From positions 288,001-352,000 of the forward strand of contig CAVXYC010000001.1 in NCBI GenBank assembly GCA_963765765.1: a stretch of DNA of 64,000 bases, read 5' to 3'. Numbering within the stretch: position 1 is the first letter of the stretch; every line of letters starts with the position of its first letter. Made by a program: the position numbers and the translations under genes. This document shows, piece by piece, positions 32,678 to 42,499 of this stretch. This DNA is from an uncultured Chloroflexia bacterium (GTDB lineage Bacteria; Chloroflexota; UBA6077; JACCZL01). The notes beneath the pieces were generated by a model. It was not told the DNA's origin. It made no database searches and was given only the letters and a program-made list of their open reading frames with translations.

Positions 32678-33355
32678 TCGCTCTCGATATGGAACAGCAG
32701 ACCCGGTTGCCAGCCCACGTCAGAGTGTGATCTCGACCACGTGACCTGGTCTCACCACGAACTCGGGTTGAGCGCCGGCTAGCACCTAGAACTCAGCGCG
32801 AACCGCCCAGACCGGGCGTCAGCACACAGGCCACAACCGTCCGCTCATGCACACCGAGTCCCGCACAGCGCGGTGCACGACCTCCATACCCATGCCTCCT
32901 CAGGATCTGAGGGACCACGGGGCCGCCCAGGGCGACGTTCACGATTCTCTCGTGCGGGCTCGAAGCGCCAGGTACTGATGCCGATTGCCGGGCGGGGCCA
33001 ATCTCGGGAGCGGGATCGTGGCACCAGGCACGAACGGCCTGCCTGTCCCGGGTCCTCCACCGCTATCCTAGCGCCAGCGCACCGGCCTGTTGCCGCGCAT
33101 TTTCATCGGTGTTGGCGCGCCCCGGGCGCATGGGCATCTCGGCATGACAAGCGGCCGGCAGGGCGAAACGAGCCCAGCGAAAGTGTGTTCACGAGAGGTA
33201 CGAAGGATCTGCACGGACATCGCCGACAGCGATCATGCTGTGGGGTCGCTGGCTTCTGAGGTAGCACGAACACGTCTCCGCTGCCGTAAACGCTGTGACG
33301 CGAATGGAGCGACGCGCCTGGCTTAGTGCCGACGTCGCGGTACGACAATGCGGCC

Positions 33356-33568
33356 ATGGACTGGCGAGATGAGCGTCTCCAGGAGCTCCTCCGCGCGGGC
33401 AAGCGCTATGACGAGGCCGAGCGGATCATCCGCGAGGAAGCTCTGGAGCTGAAGAAGCAGAGACGGCGCGAGCAACGTGGTAAACGCGCAGCAGCGGACC
33501 CGAGGGCGCGAATGCCTGCCGCAGACACAGTAGAAGAGCGAAGCGCTCCGGGCGAGGAGGATCGGTAA
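33356..33568 (+). CDS. Small charged hypothetical protein
   Basis: MDWRDERLQELLRAGKRYDEAERIIREE; coding-like codon bias. Confidence 0.55.
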   Translation: MDWRDERLQELLRAGKRYDEAERIIREEALELKKQRRREQRGKRAAADPRARMPAADTVEERSAPGEEDR

Positions 33569-33670
33569 TCCGGTCGGTCAGGGCACCGTCGTTCTTCTTC
33601 CGACCGGCGTCCTAGCCGCGCCGAGATGTACGCGGCTAACGTGCTTTCGACGACCGAGCGGCTTCGAGCC

Positions 33671-34097
33671 TCAGGAGACGCTGGATGCGGTCGGAGTACC
33701 CGGTGGCTTCACCAATGAGGCGACGATGCACAGCAGATCGTCCAGGTCGAACGGTTTGCACAGGAATGGTCCGGCGGCGAATGCACCGAATTCGCGCGTG
33801 AGCTGCTCAACGAGGGTCAGGCCGGCGGACATGGGCACGATGGGGATGCCGGGCCACAATCCGCGTTCCCGAAGATCGTGCAGGAGCTCGACCCCATTGC
33901 GGACCGGCATGCGGAGGTCCAAGAGCACGAGTGCCCGGTGGTGTGGCTTCGATCCGCCTCAGCGCCTCGACACCGTTGTCGGCTGTGTCGGTGGCGTAGC
34001 CCTCACTCTCCAGCACGTCGACTAACACCGATCGGATCGCAGCGTCATCGTCGACGACGAGGATCAGTGCGCCTCGGACGTCATCATCGAGGGCCAT
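33671..34097 (-). CDS. Single-domain response regulator (frameshift near 33940)
   Basis: ILVVDDDAAIR..NGVEAL / LLDLRMPVRNG..MSA..KPFDLDDLL. Confidence 0.85.
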
Positions 34098-34388
34098 AGG
34101 TCGGCTTCACTCCACTCCAAAAGGTGCCAGGGGCGGCTGCGAAGGTATCCGGAAGGCGCGAGCTTTGTCAACCGATTAGGCGGATGCGATATCTGGTTAG
34201 ACCCGGCTCCGTTCGTCAACGAGGGCCGCTTTGCCATCTGAGTACATCACAGACATGTCATTCGGATGACGCGATCGTGCCAATGGGTATGACCAGATGG
34301 GTGGCCCTTGCTCCACCGATAAAGCGACTACTGGAACATCGAGCATGTGTAGACCAGCCGGCACGTCGTCTGCGAAAGCGATCCCGCC

Positions 34389-35363
34389 GTGCCGAGAATT
34401 GCTCAGACATTCGTTCGTGAACCAGAGTCGCTGACGCCCGAACAATACCAACGGCGGGTTACTCAGCTGGCCTGGGCGTACGTCGCCCTCTTTCTTTTCT
34501 CCCTTATTGGAGCGATATTGCTTGTCTGGCACGGCCAGCTCTTTGTCGGGCTCGCGCAGCGCTCTAATGTGGAGACACTGACGCTGGCTTTCTTTCTGGT
34601 GTTCTTTGCCTATATCGCGGTCATCAGCGCGCCGGGAGCCTGGGGCGCGCTGAGGGTGCTTCGATTCGATCTCGAACGCCATTGGGCAGGCGATCCCCTA
34701 TCGGTGGAGCAAAAGATGGCCGCGCGCCTCGGGCCGCCTCGCGCCGAAGCCCCGATCGCCGCGTTGAATCGTCTACTGGAACGAGACGGGATGGACGGCC
34801 AAGCATTCGATCTCGCGATCACGGACACCGCCGGCAGCCAGGGAAGCATCCGCGTCGATGGGGCGCAGATGACGCACTTTTCGAAATTCGGAGAGGGATC
34901 CAATTCCCTGCTCGCGTTCGTTGTGCATCAGGTCAATTCACTCATCACGCAGCGCGGCGAGCAGAGCCGGCTCGACGTGGTGGAGTGGCAAACCATTGAC
35001 GACGAAAGCGCCCAGAAGTACCTGAGCTCCGTGCACTTCGCCCGGAACCTCGAGCGCACGCTTAACGCCGGTGAGCTGTGGCCCAAAACCGTCTTAACTG
35101 GTGACGAGTGCTGGAGCTGGAGCGACGTCTCACGGCGGTCTGCCCTGCACTCCGATCGGAGGGTTTCCTGCCGGATTGGGAATTCAGCGGCGAGCACAAG
35201 CTGCCTATCATCCCCGAGCCGCTTGGCCTGGTATCCCTTCGGGCGTTCGGAGCGGCGCGTGGACCCACTGGCATCCATGGGATGCGCAGTCATCGTGGTT
35301 GTTGGCATTGTGATCATTCTCGGGCTCTTCATCCTGTTCCCACCATGGGTCCCGGGCGTGTGA
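34389..35363 (+). CDS. Membrane protein of unknown function (compensated frameshift about 35105-35240)
   Basis: Two N-terminal and one C-terminal transmembrane helices; alternate frame gives LELERRL..FLPDWEFSGEHKLPIIPEPLG. Confidence 0.7.
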   Translation: MPRIAQTFVREPESLTPEQYQRRVTQLAWAYVALFLFSLIGAILLVWHGQLFVGLAQRSNVETLTLAFFLVFFAYIAVISAPGAWGALRVLRFDLERHWAGDPLSVEQKMAARLGPPRAEAPIAALNRLLERDGMDGQAFDLAITDTAGSQGSIRVDGAQMTHFSKFGEGSNSLLAFVVHQVNSLITQRGEQSRLDVVEWQTIDDESAQKYLSSVHFARNLERTLNAGELWPKTVLTGDECWSWSDVSRRSALHSDRRVSCRIGNSAASTSCLSSPSRLAWYPFGRSERRVDPLASMGCAVIVVVGIVIILGLFILFPPWVPGV

Positions 35364-35376
35364 GCGGAGTCGATCG

Positions 35377-35721
35377 TTGACAGTCCGGGGCATGATCCTG
35401 ATCGCTCTATTGGCGCTGATGAGCGTGGGCTGGTTGCTTCAGTGCACGGGTCCAAAGCCCGAGGTCCAGGCAGTGACCGTCCGCGAACCGGCCCAGCCGG
35501 GTCTCCCCTATCAAGTTGACGTTCAGGTGCGGAACACCTGGCGAGGGCACGGAGAGATGCAAGTTCAGGTTGAGCTGAATGACCAGGCGACTGATCGCCG
35601 CTATCAGGGACAGCAGAACGCCACGCTTGATGCGATGGAGTCGATTAATGTGGTTGTGCCCATCCACGCCCAGCCCGGCAACTACGAGCCGCGAGTGGAA
35701 GTGGTGTATCCGCCGCGATGA
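35377..35721 (+). CDS. Membrane-anchored Ig-like beta protein
   Basis: N-terminal transmembrane helix; beta-strand pattern YQVDVQVRN..QVQVEL..VVVPI..VEVVYPP. Confidence 0.65.
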   Translation: MTVRGMILIALLALMSVGWLLQCTGPKPEVQAVTVREPAQPGLPYQVDVQVRNTWRGHGEMQVQVELNDQATDRRYQGQQNATLDAMESINVVVPIHAQPGNYEPRVEVVYPPR

Positions 35722-35942
35722 CCAGCAATCGCCGGGCCCCGTTGCTATGAGGACACAAGCCACCGTCAGCGCTCGCGATTGACTTTTGACCCTGTCATGC
35801 CGAGGGCGAAGCCGGCGGGCCACTTCGATTACAGCGCGCTCCGACGTCCGGGAATGCCTCGACCGTCTCGTCAACACCCCTTCGCCGGCTGTCCTCTCAA
35901 CCGTAGCATCTGGTCATCCTGAGCCGCGACGGTCATCCGCCA

Positions 35943-36180
35943 TCACCGCTGTCCGGGGATCGTTTCTTGGCCCGTGCCTCGGCGTAGTGTTTTGAGGAAT
36001 GAGACCAGGTCACTCAGCTCCTCGCTCGGCATCGTACCGGCGTAAGCAGGCATGCTCCCCCGTCCACGGAGAATCGTCTGAACCAGCGTGGCATCGTCAT
36101 ACCGGCCGCCCACGTTGGTTAGATCGGGGCCCGATTGGCCGCCAATATCGCCGACCGCGTGCCAGCTTCGGCAGCCAGTT
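35943..36180 (-). pseudogene. Class I cytochrome c remnant with broken heme motif (CRSWH)
   Basis: GCRSWHAVGDIGGQSGPDLTNVG..GRGSMPAY..EELSDLVSFL; no signal peptide or N-terminal domain. Confidence 0.7.
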
Positions 36181-36300
36181 GTCCTCGGCATGACCCCATT
36201 AGAGAGAGGCCGGGCAAAGGGAACGCCCGCGCACCCTCGTACGTGTCCTCTGCCGCTGGCACGCACGCTGCAATGGGAGCGTCACCCCGAGGACACGACC

Positions 36301-36549
36301 ATGTTGAACTTAATTGAACCACCCGCTCCCGAATCGCCCGAATACACTGAAACGAGCATTACCGATCGGCTACGAGAATTGGACACGGAGCTGGCGGAGA
36401 TTGACCGCCGTCTCGCCGATCTGCCTCTGACCGATTGGCTCGATCCGCGATCACTGGCCGCCGCGGACCGCCATGAGCTCCGATACCGACGGACGCGGCT
36501 GGAAGCTGAGCGGGCGGACCTGCTCCGCCTGATGTATCGGCCCGTGTAG
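36301..36549 (+). CDS. Small coiled-coil hypothetical protein heading the oxidoreductase operon
   Basis: RBS gagga; RLRELDTELAEIDRRL; stop overlaps next start. Confidence 0.55.
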   Translation: MLNLIEPPAPESPEYTETSITDRLRELDTELAEIDRRLADLPLTDWLDPRSLAAADRHELRYRRTRLEAERADLLRLMYRPV

Positions 36550-37757
36550 TGATCGGTGATCGGTCAGTTGAGACCGTTGTAGTAGGAGCCGGACCGGCGG
36601 GAAGCGCTACCGCCACACTCCTCGCGCAGGCGGGCCACGAGGTAGTGCTTCTCGATAGTGCGAAGTTTCCGCGCCACAAGCCGTGCTCCGAGTTTGTAAG
36701 CCCCGGTACGGAGCGACTTCTCACCCGGTTCGGTGCAGCGGATCTGATTGCGCACGGAGGAGGTCGCCCCCTGAAGGGCATGGTCGTCCAGGCTCCCAAT
36801 GGTGATCGTTTTCAGATGGAGTATTCGTCGAGCGGCTCACGCCGAGTGGCGTTCGCCATCCCGCGGTTGCGTCTCGACGCGACCTTAGTAGACACAGCAC
36901 GATGCAATGGGGTGGAAATTCGGGAGCATCTTCGCGCCTGTGCTTTCCATCGATCAGCCCACGGCGTTCACACGCTCACAGTGAGAGACCGTGATGGGGA
37001 AACAGGTCAAATACACGCCAGACTTGTCATCGGCGCCGACGGTCGGCATTCGCTCGTTGCGCGCTCGTTGAACCTGCAGCAGGCTGTGAAATGGCCGAAC
37101 CGTCTTGGCCTGGTGACCCACTACGGAAACGTCCCCTGGAGTGCGAACGAGGGAATGATGAGCGTAGGGCCCAACGGATACCTCGGCGTTGCTCCGATAG
37201 CGCCGGACGTGGTTTCAATCGGACTCGTCGCCCCAATGCCTCAGGCTTCCCTTGGGTCGCCCGGAGATGCGTTTGAGTCCGCGGTTCGTGATTATCCGAC
37301 GCTAGCGCGACTGCTTGCGAGAGGCGAGCGAATGGAACCGGTGCGCGGGGTTGGCCCGCTCGCCCATCGCGTCAGCGCAGTGGCCGGACCAGGTTTTCTC
37401 CTGGTTGGGGACGCGGCGGGCTTTCTGGATCCGTTCACAGGGGAGGGCATTCACCGAGCGCTTCGCGGAGCCGAGCTAGCCGCGAAAGCTGCGCATCAGG
37501 CGCTACAACGCCCCGGACCTGTGGTGAATCCGTCACCGGTATATGAGCGCTTGCGCCAGCGTGTGTTTGGAGCAAAGGAGCGACTCACGATGCTCATTCA
37601 AATCTTCGTTCACGTGCCGACGTTGATGAATTACGTGGTCGCCCGGCTGCGTCGTCGTCCGGATCTTGCCGCGGAGCTCAGCAATGTTCTCGGCGATCTC
37701 GCACCAGCTCAACGGGTGCTCAATCCGACGTTTCTCACTTCTTTGCTGGGTCCCTGA
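36549..37757 (+). CDS. FAD-dependent oxidoreductase (geranylgeranyl reductase/monooxygenase family)
   Basis: VVGAGPAGS, FPRHKPCSE, IGADG, LVGDAAGFLDPFTGEGI. Confidence 0.9.
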   Translation: MIGDRSVETVVVGAGPAGSATATLLAQAGHEVVLLDSAKFPRHKPCSEFVSPGTERLLTRFGAADLIAHGGGRPLKGMVVQAPNGDRFQMEYSSSGSRRVAFAIPRLRLDATLVDTARCNGVEIREHLRACAFHRSAHGVHTLTVRDRDGETGQIHARLVIGADGRHSLVARSLNLQQAVKWPNRLGLVTHYGNVPWSANEGMMSVGPNGYLGVAPIAPDVVSIGLVAPMPQASLGSPGDAFESAVRDYPTLARLLARGERMEPVRGVGPLAHRVSAVAGPGFLLVGDAAGFLDPFTGEGIHRALRGAELAAKAAHQALQRPGPVVNPSPVYERLRQRVFGAKERLTMLIQIFVHVPTLMNYVVARLRRRPDLAAELSNVLGDLAPAQRVLNPTFLTSLLGP

Positions 37758-38303
37758 ATGGCCACGATTCGATCGAGCACAGCGCCATCTCGTGGCACCA
37801 GGGCAGAATACGAGCCGCACGGTGTGCACACCGAGATTCACATTCGCGCCCCGTCCGCGGTGGTCTTTCGGCTAGCCGCGGCAGTCGAGCATTGGCCGGT
37901 GTTGTTGCCACACTATCGTTCCGTCAAAATCGTCCGCTCCGACGGACGGCGTCGATTGGTCCGGATGGCTGCGCACCGGGACGGAATCCCGGTGCGCTGG
38001 ACATCGATTCAGGTGCTCCATCCTGACCAGGACCGTATTGAGTACCTGCATGTGGCCGGCATCACACGTGGAATGGAGGTCGCCTGGGTACTCCGGCCCA
38101 CGGATAGCGGAGTATGGGTTCGCATAAGCCATCGATTTCACCCACGCTGGCCACTCATTCCATCGGTCCTGGTGGACTGGGTGGTCCACAGGTTCTTCGT
38201 CAACGCGATCGCGACAAAGACGCTCTTACATATAAGAAGGCTTGCGGAAGCAGAAACTCCGACAGCCACCGATGTGGGATCTATTGAGTACGGCGATCGG
38301 TGA
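37758..38303 (+). CDS. SRPBCC/START polyketide cyclase-aromatase family protein
   Basis: IRAPSAVVFRLAAAVEHWPVLLPHYR, PVRWTS, HVAGITRGMEVAW. Confidence 0.85.
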   Translation: MATIRSSTAPSRGTRAEYEPHGVHTEIHIRAPSAVVFRLAAAVEHWPVLLPHYRSVKIVRSDGRRRLVRMAAHRDGIPVRWTSIQVLHPDQDRIEYLHVAGITRGMEVAWVLRPTDSGVWVRISHRFHPRWPLIPSVLVDWVVHRFFVNAIATKTLLHIRRLAEAETPTATDVGSIEYGDR

Positions 38304-38308
38304 AGCCC

Positions 38309-38415
38309 CCAGCCTCCAAGCCGCGACCGTGAGCGAGCGGTTCCCTCCGCGATTATCGCGGGCCCCAGGTTCGGAGAAAGGAATCGCTCGCTCACGGTCG
38401 CGGCTCGGAGGCTGG
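38309..38415. repeat. REP doublet (AGCCGCG-ACCGTGAGCGAGCGG type)
   Basis: 36-bp inverted repeat 38309-38344 / 38380-38415 with 2 mismatches. Confidence 0.8.
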
Positions 38416-39102
38416 CGAATCGGGCGGCTGCTCCCAGACGCTAATGGACGGCTTCCGCGCATGGGCCAGAATGCCGAGCCCGTCCAGCACCTCGCGCGTC
38501 TCACAGCTCACGAAACCTGACCTAGCCAACGTTACGCTGAGTCCGCGCGGAGTAAAGCGGCCATGCAGGCGACTGAATAGCCGCCAGAGAGATGATGCCA
38601 GCAGGTGCCTTGGCTCTCGCTTGAAGCTGAAGAGCTGACGAATTGGCACCGGGCGACGATGAGGCTCCATGAGCATGATGTGCCCTCCCGGGCGCAGTAC
38701 TCGACGGATCTCGAACAGTGCTCGCCTGCGATCGGGCAACAGGTAGAGCAGACTGTGACCGGTAATGACGTCGACACTGCAATCCAGAAACGGTAGCCGG
38801 CCAGCATCCGCGCACATCCAAGTGATCGGCAGTGCATCCTTGCCATGCGCTGACCTGCGTTGGGCCTGGTGCAGCATGCGGGGCGCTAGATCCAGCCCTA
38901 CGACCAGTGCGTTGGGACGCGCACGAGCCAGCTCAATCGTGGATCCGCCGGGGCCGCACCCGATATCAACCACGCGGAGCGGCGCATCGGTCGGGAGCAT
39001 TTCTGCCAGCTCACGGCAGCTCGATTGCCACCTGGGCTGAGTCGTGAACCAGCGATAGAGCTCCGCTCCGAGGTTGAAGACCCATGCGACGTTGTGCCGC
39101 AT
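38392..39102 (-). CDS. Class I SAM-dependent methyltransferase
   Basis: VVDIGCGPG, GLDLAPRML, ADAGRLPF, RVLRPGG. Confidence 0.9.
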   Translation of the reverse strand: MRHNVAWVFNLGAELYRWFTTQPRWQSSCRELAEMLPTDAPLRVVDIGCGPGGSTIELARARPNALVVGLDLAPRMLHQAQRRSAHGKDALPITWMCADAGRLPFLDCSVDVITGHSLLYLLPDRRRALFEIRRVLRPGGHIMLMEPHRRPVPIRQLFSFKREPRHLLASSLWRLFSRLHGRFTPRGLSVTLARSGFVSCETREVLDGLGILAHARKPSISVWEQPPDSPASEPRP

Positions 39103-39265
39103 ACCGTCAACCCTTTGCCGGGTAAGGCTTCAGAATGTGGGGCATGTGTGCGGTCCTGCGCGCTGCAGTTCAGGCAATGGCTAACTGGCGGTCTGTCACA
39201 CGACTATGGCTCACCTGAAATTGTGCTCGCAATTCGCAGGGCATGATTGATGCCTATTCGGCTGC

Positions 39266-40495
39266 ATGAATGCCCGGCGCGTGGCCATTACCGGTATCGG
39301 GGTCGTCTCCCCCATTGGCAATAGCGCGACCGAACTGTGGAGCGGCGCCTTAGCCGGCCGATCGGCCGTTCGACACATCACCCGCTTTGATCCGAGTCCG
39401 TTCCGATCTCGGATCGCGGCGGAGATCGATGAGTTACCCTTCGTGTGCGGCGCATCTACGAAGCGCGCACGGCGACTCGATCGTTTCTCCAAGCTTGCCG
39501 TCGCGGCCGGCCTCCAAGCATGGAATGACGCCGGCATCGGGCCATGCTCCGCGGATCTGCGGGACCGCATCGGCGTGTCGCTGGGAAGCGCTCTGGGAGG
39601 CGTGGCTTCCGCGGAGGACGAGCACACTGACTTCGTCCATCAGGGCGTACGAAGCGTCAGCCCCAGTCTGGCGCTCTCGGTCTTCGGGGCGGCCGGGTCC
39701 ACCAATCTGGCGATGGAGCTGGGGCTCCATGGGCCGAATACCAGCAATTCAAACTCGTGCGCCTCAGGTGCAGTGGCAATCGGTGATGCACTGGCACATA
39801 TCCGCTCTGGGCGGGCCGATATCATGCTCGCGGGCGGGGCGGAGGCTCCTCTTGCTCCGCTCACCTTCGGGGCGTTCTCCGTAATCCGGGCCCTTTCCGA
39901 GCGGAATGAGGACCCAGAACACGCAAGTCGGCCGTTTGATCGAGACCGGGACGGTTTTGTGATGGCGGAGGGAGCAGCCGTTCTCGTGCTAGAGGAATGG
40001 GATCGCGCCGCTCATCGGGGAGCCCACGTATACGCGGAGCTGGTGGGCTACGCCACAACGAACGACGCCTACCATATGACGGTGCCCAGGCCAGACGGCG
40101 CGCAGGCGCGGCAATGTATGGAGCGTGCTCTTGTTGACGCGCACCTGACCGTGCAGGATGTCTCTCTCGTTTCGGCGCATGCGAGCTCCACTATGCTCGG
40201 CGATCGAGCGGAAGCGTGCGCCCTGGAACAGCTCTTCGGCGATTGCCGCCCTGTTGTATTCGCCACGAAGGGCGCCCACGGGCACGCGCTGGGCGCCACG
40301 CCAGCCATTGAAACAGCCATCCTTGCATTGGCACTACAGCATCAATGCGCTCCCCGGACCGTCAATCTCGCCCATCGGGACGGCGACTGTCATCTCTCGC
40401 TCACCGATTCCGCAACCCGCGTTTCCGCCCGATATGCGCTCAAGAACGCATTCGGGTTTGGCGGGATCAACGCCTGCCTGGTACTGGCAGCCTAG
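39266..40495 (+). CDS. Beta-ketoacyl-ACP synthase II family (FabF/KS-alpha-like)
   Basis: Catalytic triad intact: NSNSCASG, AHASST, GHALGA; also SRPFDRDRDGFV, NAFGFGG. Confidence 0.92.
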   Translation: MNARRVAITGIGVVSPIGNSATELWSGALAGRSAVRHITRFDPSPFRSRIAAEIDELPFVCGASTKRARRLDRFSKLAVAAGLQAWNDAGIGPCSADLRDRIGVSLGSALGGVASAEDEHTDFVHQGVRSVSPSLALSVFGAAGSTNLAMELGLHGPNTSNSNSCASGAVAIGDALAHIRSGRADIMLAGGAEAPLAPLTFGAFSVIRALSERNEDPEHASRPFDRDRDGFVMAEGAAVLVLEEWDRAAHRGAHVYAELVGYATTNDAYHMTVPRPDGAQARQCMERALVDAHLTVQDVSLVSAHASSTMLGDRAEACALEQLFGDCRPVVFATKGAHGHALGATPAIETAILALALQHQCAPRTVNLAHRDGDCHLSLTDSATRVSARYALKNAFGFGGINACLVLAA

Positions 40496-40949
40496 AACAG
40501 GGGCCCATGAGCCTGGCCCATGTGGAGGCTCCATGGCCCACTCGGGCCCCGCTCACGTGCGGGATTATCAATTGCAGAAAGGCACGGTGCGTGCGGGCGT
40601 CCATCCCGCAACCGTACGAAAGGCTCTGACCTAGGAAAGCGAGGGGCTCTGGGCCGCGTGCCCGCGGGAAGAGAATCGATCATATCTAACGCGCCTTCGG
40701 TGCTTGTTGTCGATGACACAGCAGATATTAGGAGCCGACGCCCGCGGCGGGTGTGCTTGGGCGCAGGTCCTGATAGTTCCCGTAACGCCCTATTGACTCG
40801 GTTGGAAGCACCAGCGATGGCTGTGCCGGACGTATAGCGTCGCGAACGCAGTGAGTCTCCGAAGTCCATCCTGTCCGCATCGACCGCGGCTACTTCCATC
40901 TCTACACCGAGTAGACTCTCGGGACATTAGGCAATCCGGAGGCAAGCGT

Positions 40950-41597
40950 GTGAAGCTGGTCCAAATGCCAACCGACCTGCTGCACCTTGATGAAGCTGAG
41001 CTTTCGGCCGTGGGCGTTGCCCCGAGGCTATTGGAGGCGTTCCGCTTGTACCTGCCGCGTGCCCTGGATGATCGACGCGGCGCGGCGATGTTGGCACCGC
41101 CCTCAGCCCGAACCCGCGAGCTCCTAATGGTCCTTGCGCGACGCGTTGGCGCAACGCTCAGGGACGAGAACATCCGGTTACGCGAGCGGGGTGGCGACCT
41201 GCGGAGTGGACGCAAGAAGCTCTGCTACCTGCCGGGCCGGGCGGTGCCCAACGCGCTGCACGATCCGATCGCGCACCGAGCGCTGACGCATGAGGCGGCC
41301 TGCTTCATCCAGGATTTAGAAACGGCCTGGCCGGAGGATCAAATCGGCCGAAAGCCATTCGCGCCGACTGCTGTACTTGCCTTAATCGACGAGCGATGCG
41401 CCGCCGGGCGGCCTACGTTCATAACTGCCGACCCGGCACGGCTACCGAGTCGAGCTCGAGCGCGACTTACGTACCCGCTTGTGGATCCTGGAGATGTGCT
41501 GACTCCACGGCTCCTGGCGGCGATCATGGAGGAGCCATTTGGATCTTTCGGATGGCCCCTCATCGCAGTTGGCAGATCGACCGCAGGCGGCTGCTGA
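40950..41597 (+). CDS. Degenerate IstB/DnaC-like AAA protein lacking Walker A (C-terminus probably frameshifted)
   Basis: GAAMLAPPSARTRELL at the P-loop position, CFIQDL at Walker B, LIDER..GRPTFITAD; RBS ggagg. Confidence 0.5.
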   Translation: MKLVQMPTDLLHLDEAELSAVGVAPRLLEAFRLYLPRALDDRRGAAMLAPPSARTRELLMVLARRVGATLRDENIRLRERGGDLRSGRKKLCYLPGRAVPNALHDPIAHRALTHEAACFIQDLETAWPEDQIGRKPFAPTAVLALIDERCAAGRPTFITADPARLPSRARARLTYPLVDPGDVLTPRLLAAIMEEPFGSFGWPLIAVGRSTAGGC

Positions 41598-41626
41598 TCC
41601 TCCGGGCGTGCCTGCGGTCGAAGTAT

Positions 41627-42499
41627 TTATGCGCCCGTGTCGGACGCAAGTCCCCCGGCTCGCGCGGCGGACAGCCGGCGCCCAAGGAGACCCCGCGGGG
41701 CCACGAGCGCCGAGACTCCAAACATCCCGGAAAGTGTCAACACGATGACGCCGGCAGGGGCTACGGCCACATAGTAGGCGACGTACAAACCCAATGCCCC
41801 GGCCAACGCGCCGATCGCGGCTGCCACCAGCATCACGTTCTTCAGGCTTCGGGCCCAGAGCCCCGCAGTGGCGGCCGGTGTGACAAGCGTGGCGATGGTG
41901 AGAATGACGCCGACGACCTGCACGCCGACGATCACCGTTCCGGCGACCGAGATCAGCAAGATGAGATCGATGAGCCCTGTCGGTAATCCGAGCGCTATCG
42001 CGGAGGTTCGATCAAAGGTAGTGAGCACCAGCGGCCCTTTGAGCAGCCAGATAGTGGCGCACAGCACCACCACCAGGCCCACGCTCAGCGCCAGTTCCGC
42101 CGGGCCTATGCCGAGCAGGTTGCCAACCAGCGCCGCCCCGACATCGCGCGAGCGGACGCGGAAGAGGCCCACCAGCACCACGCCCAGTGCAAACATCCCG
42201 ACGAAAGCGATCCCCACAGCGCTGTCCTCCGCAATGTGGCTTCGCCCTTGGAGCAGCAGGATGAGCGCCAGTGTGAGCATCGCGCCCGCGGCGGCTCCGA
42301 TCACGACGTCCACCCGGAGAATGGCAGCCAGTACGACGGCCGGAAAGATCGTTTGGGAGAGGGCGTGCGCCAGGAAGGTGAGATTCCGGTGCACCACAAA
42401 CGGCCCAATCAGACCGCATGCCAGGCCCAGGAGGACCACCTCTACCAGACCATTGCGCATGAACGGTAAGGCGAGCGGATCGAGCACGACGCCGATCAT
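41627..42499 (-). CDS. Zn/Mn ABC transporter permease
   Basis: ABC-3 family: AHALSQTIFP, EDSAVG, FDRTSA. Confidence 0.88.
   Translation of the reverse strand: MIGVVLDPLALPFMRNGLVEVVLLGLACGLIGPFVVHRNLTFLAHALSQTIFPAVVLAAILRVDVVIGAAAGAMLTLALILLLQGRSHIAEDSAVGIAFVGMFALGVVLVGLFRVRSRDVGAALVGNLLGIGPAELALSVGLVVVLCATIWLLKGPLVLTTFDRTSAIALGLPTGLIDLILLISVAGTVIVGVQVVGVILTIATLVTPAATAGLWARSLKNVMLVAAAIGALAGALGLYVAYYVAVAPAGVIVLTLSGMFGVSALVAPRGLLGRRLSAARAGGLASDTGA

Noticed and set aside
40690-40740. SVLVVDDTADIR, a receiver-domain start
   Set aside because: Only about 12 residues, with no further receiver motifs
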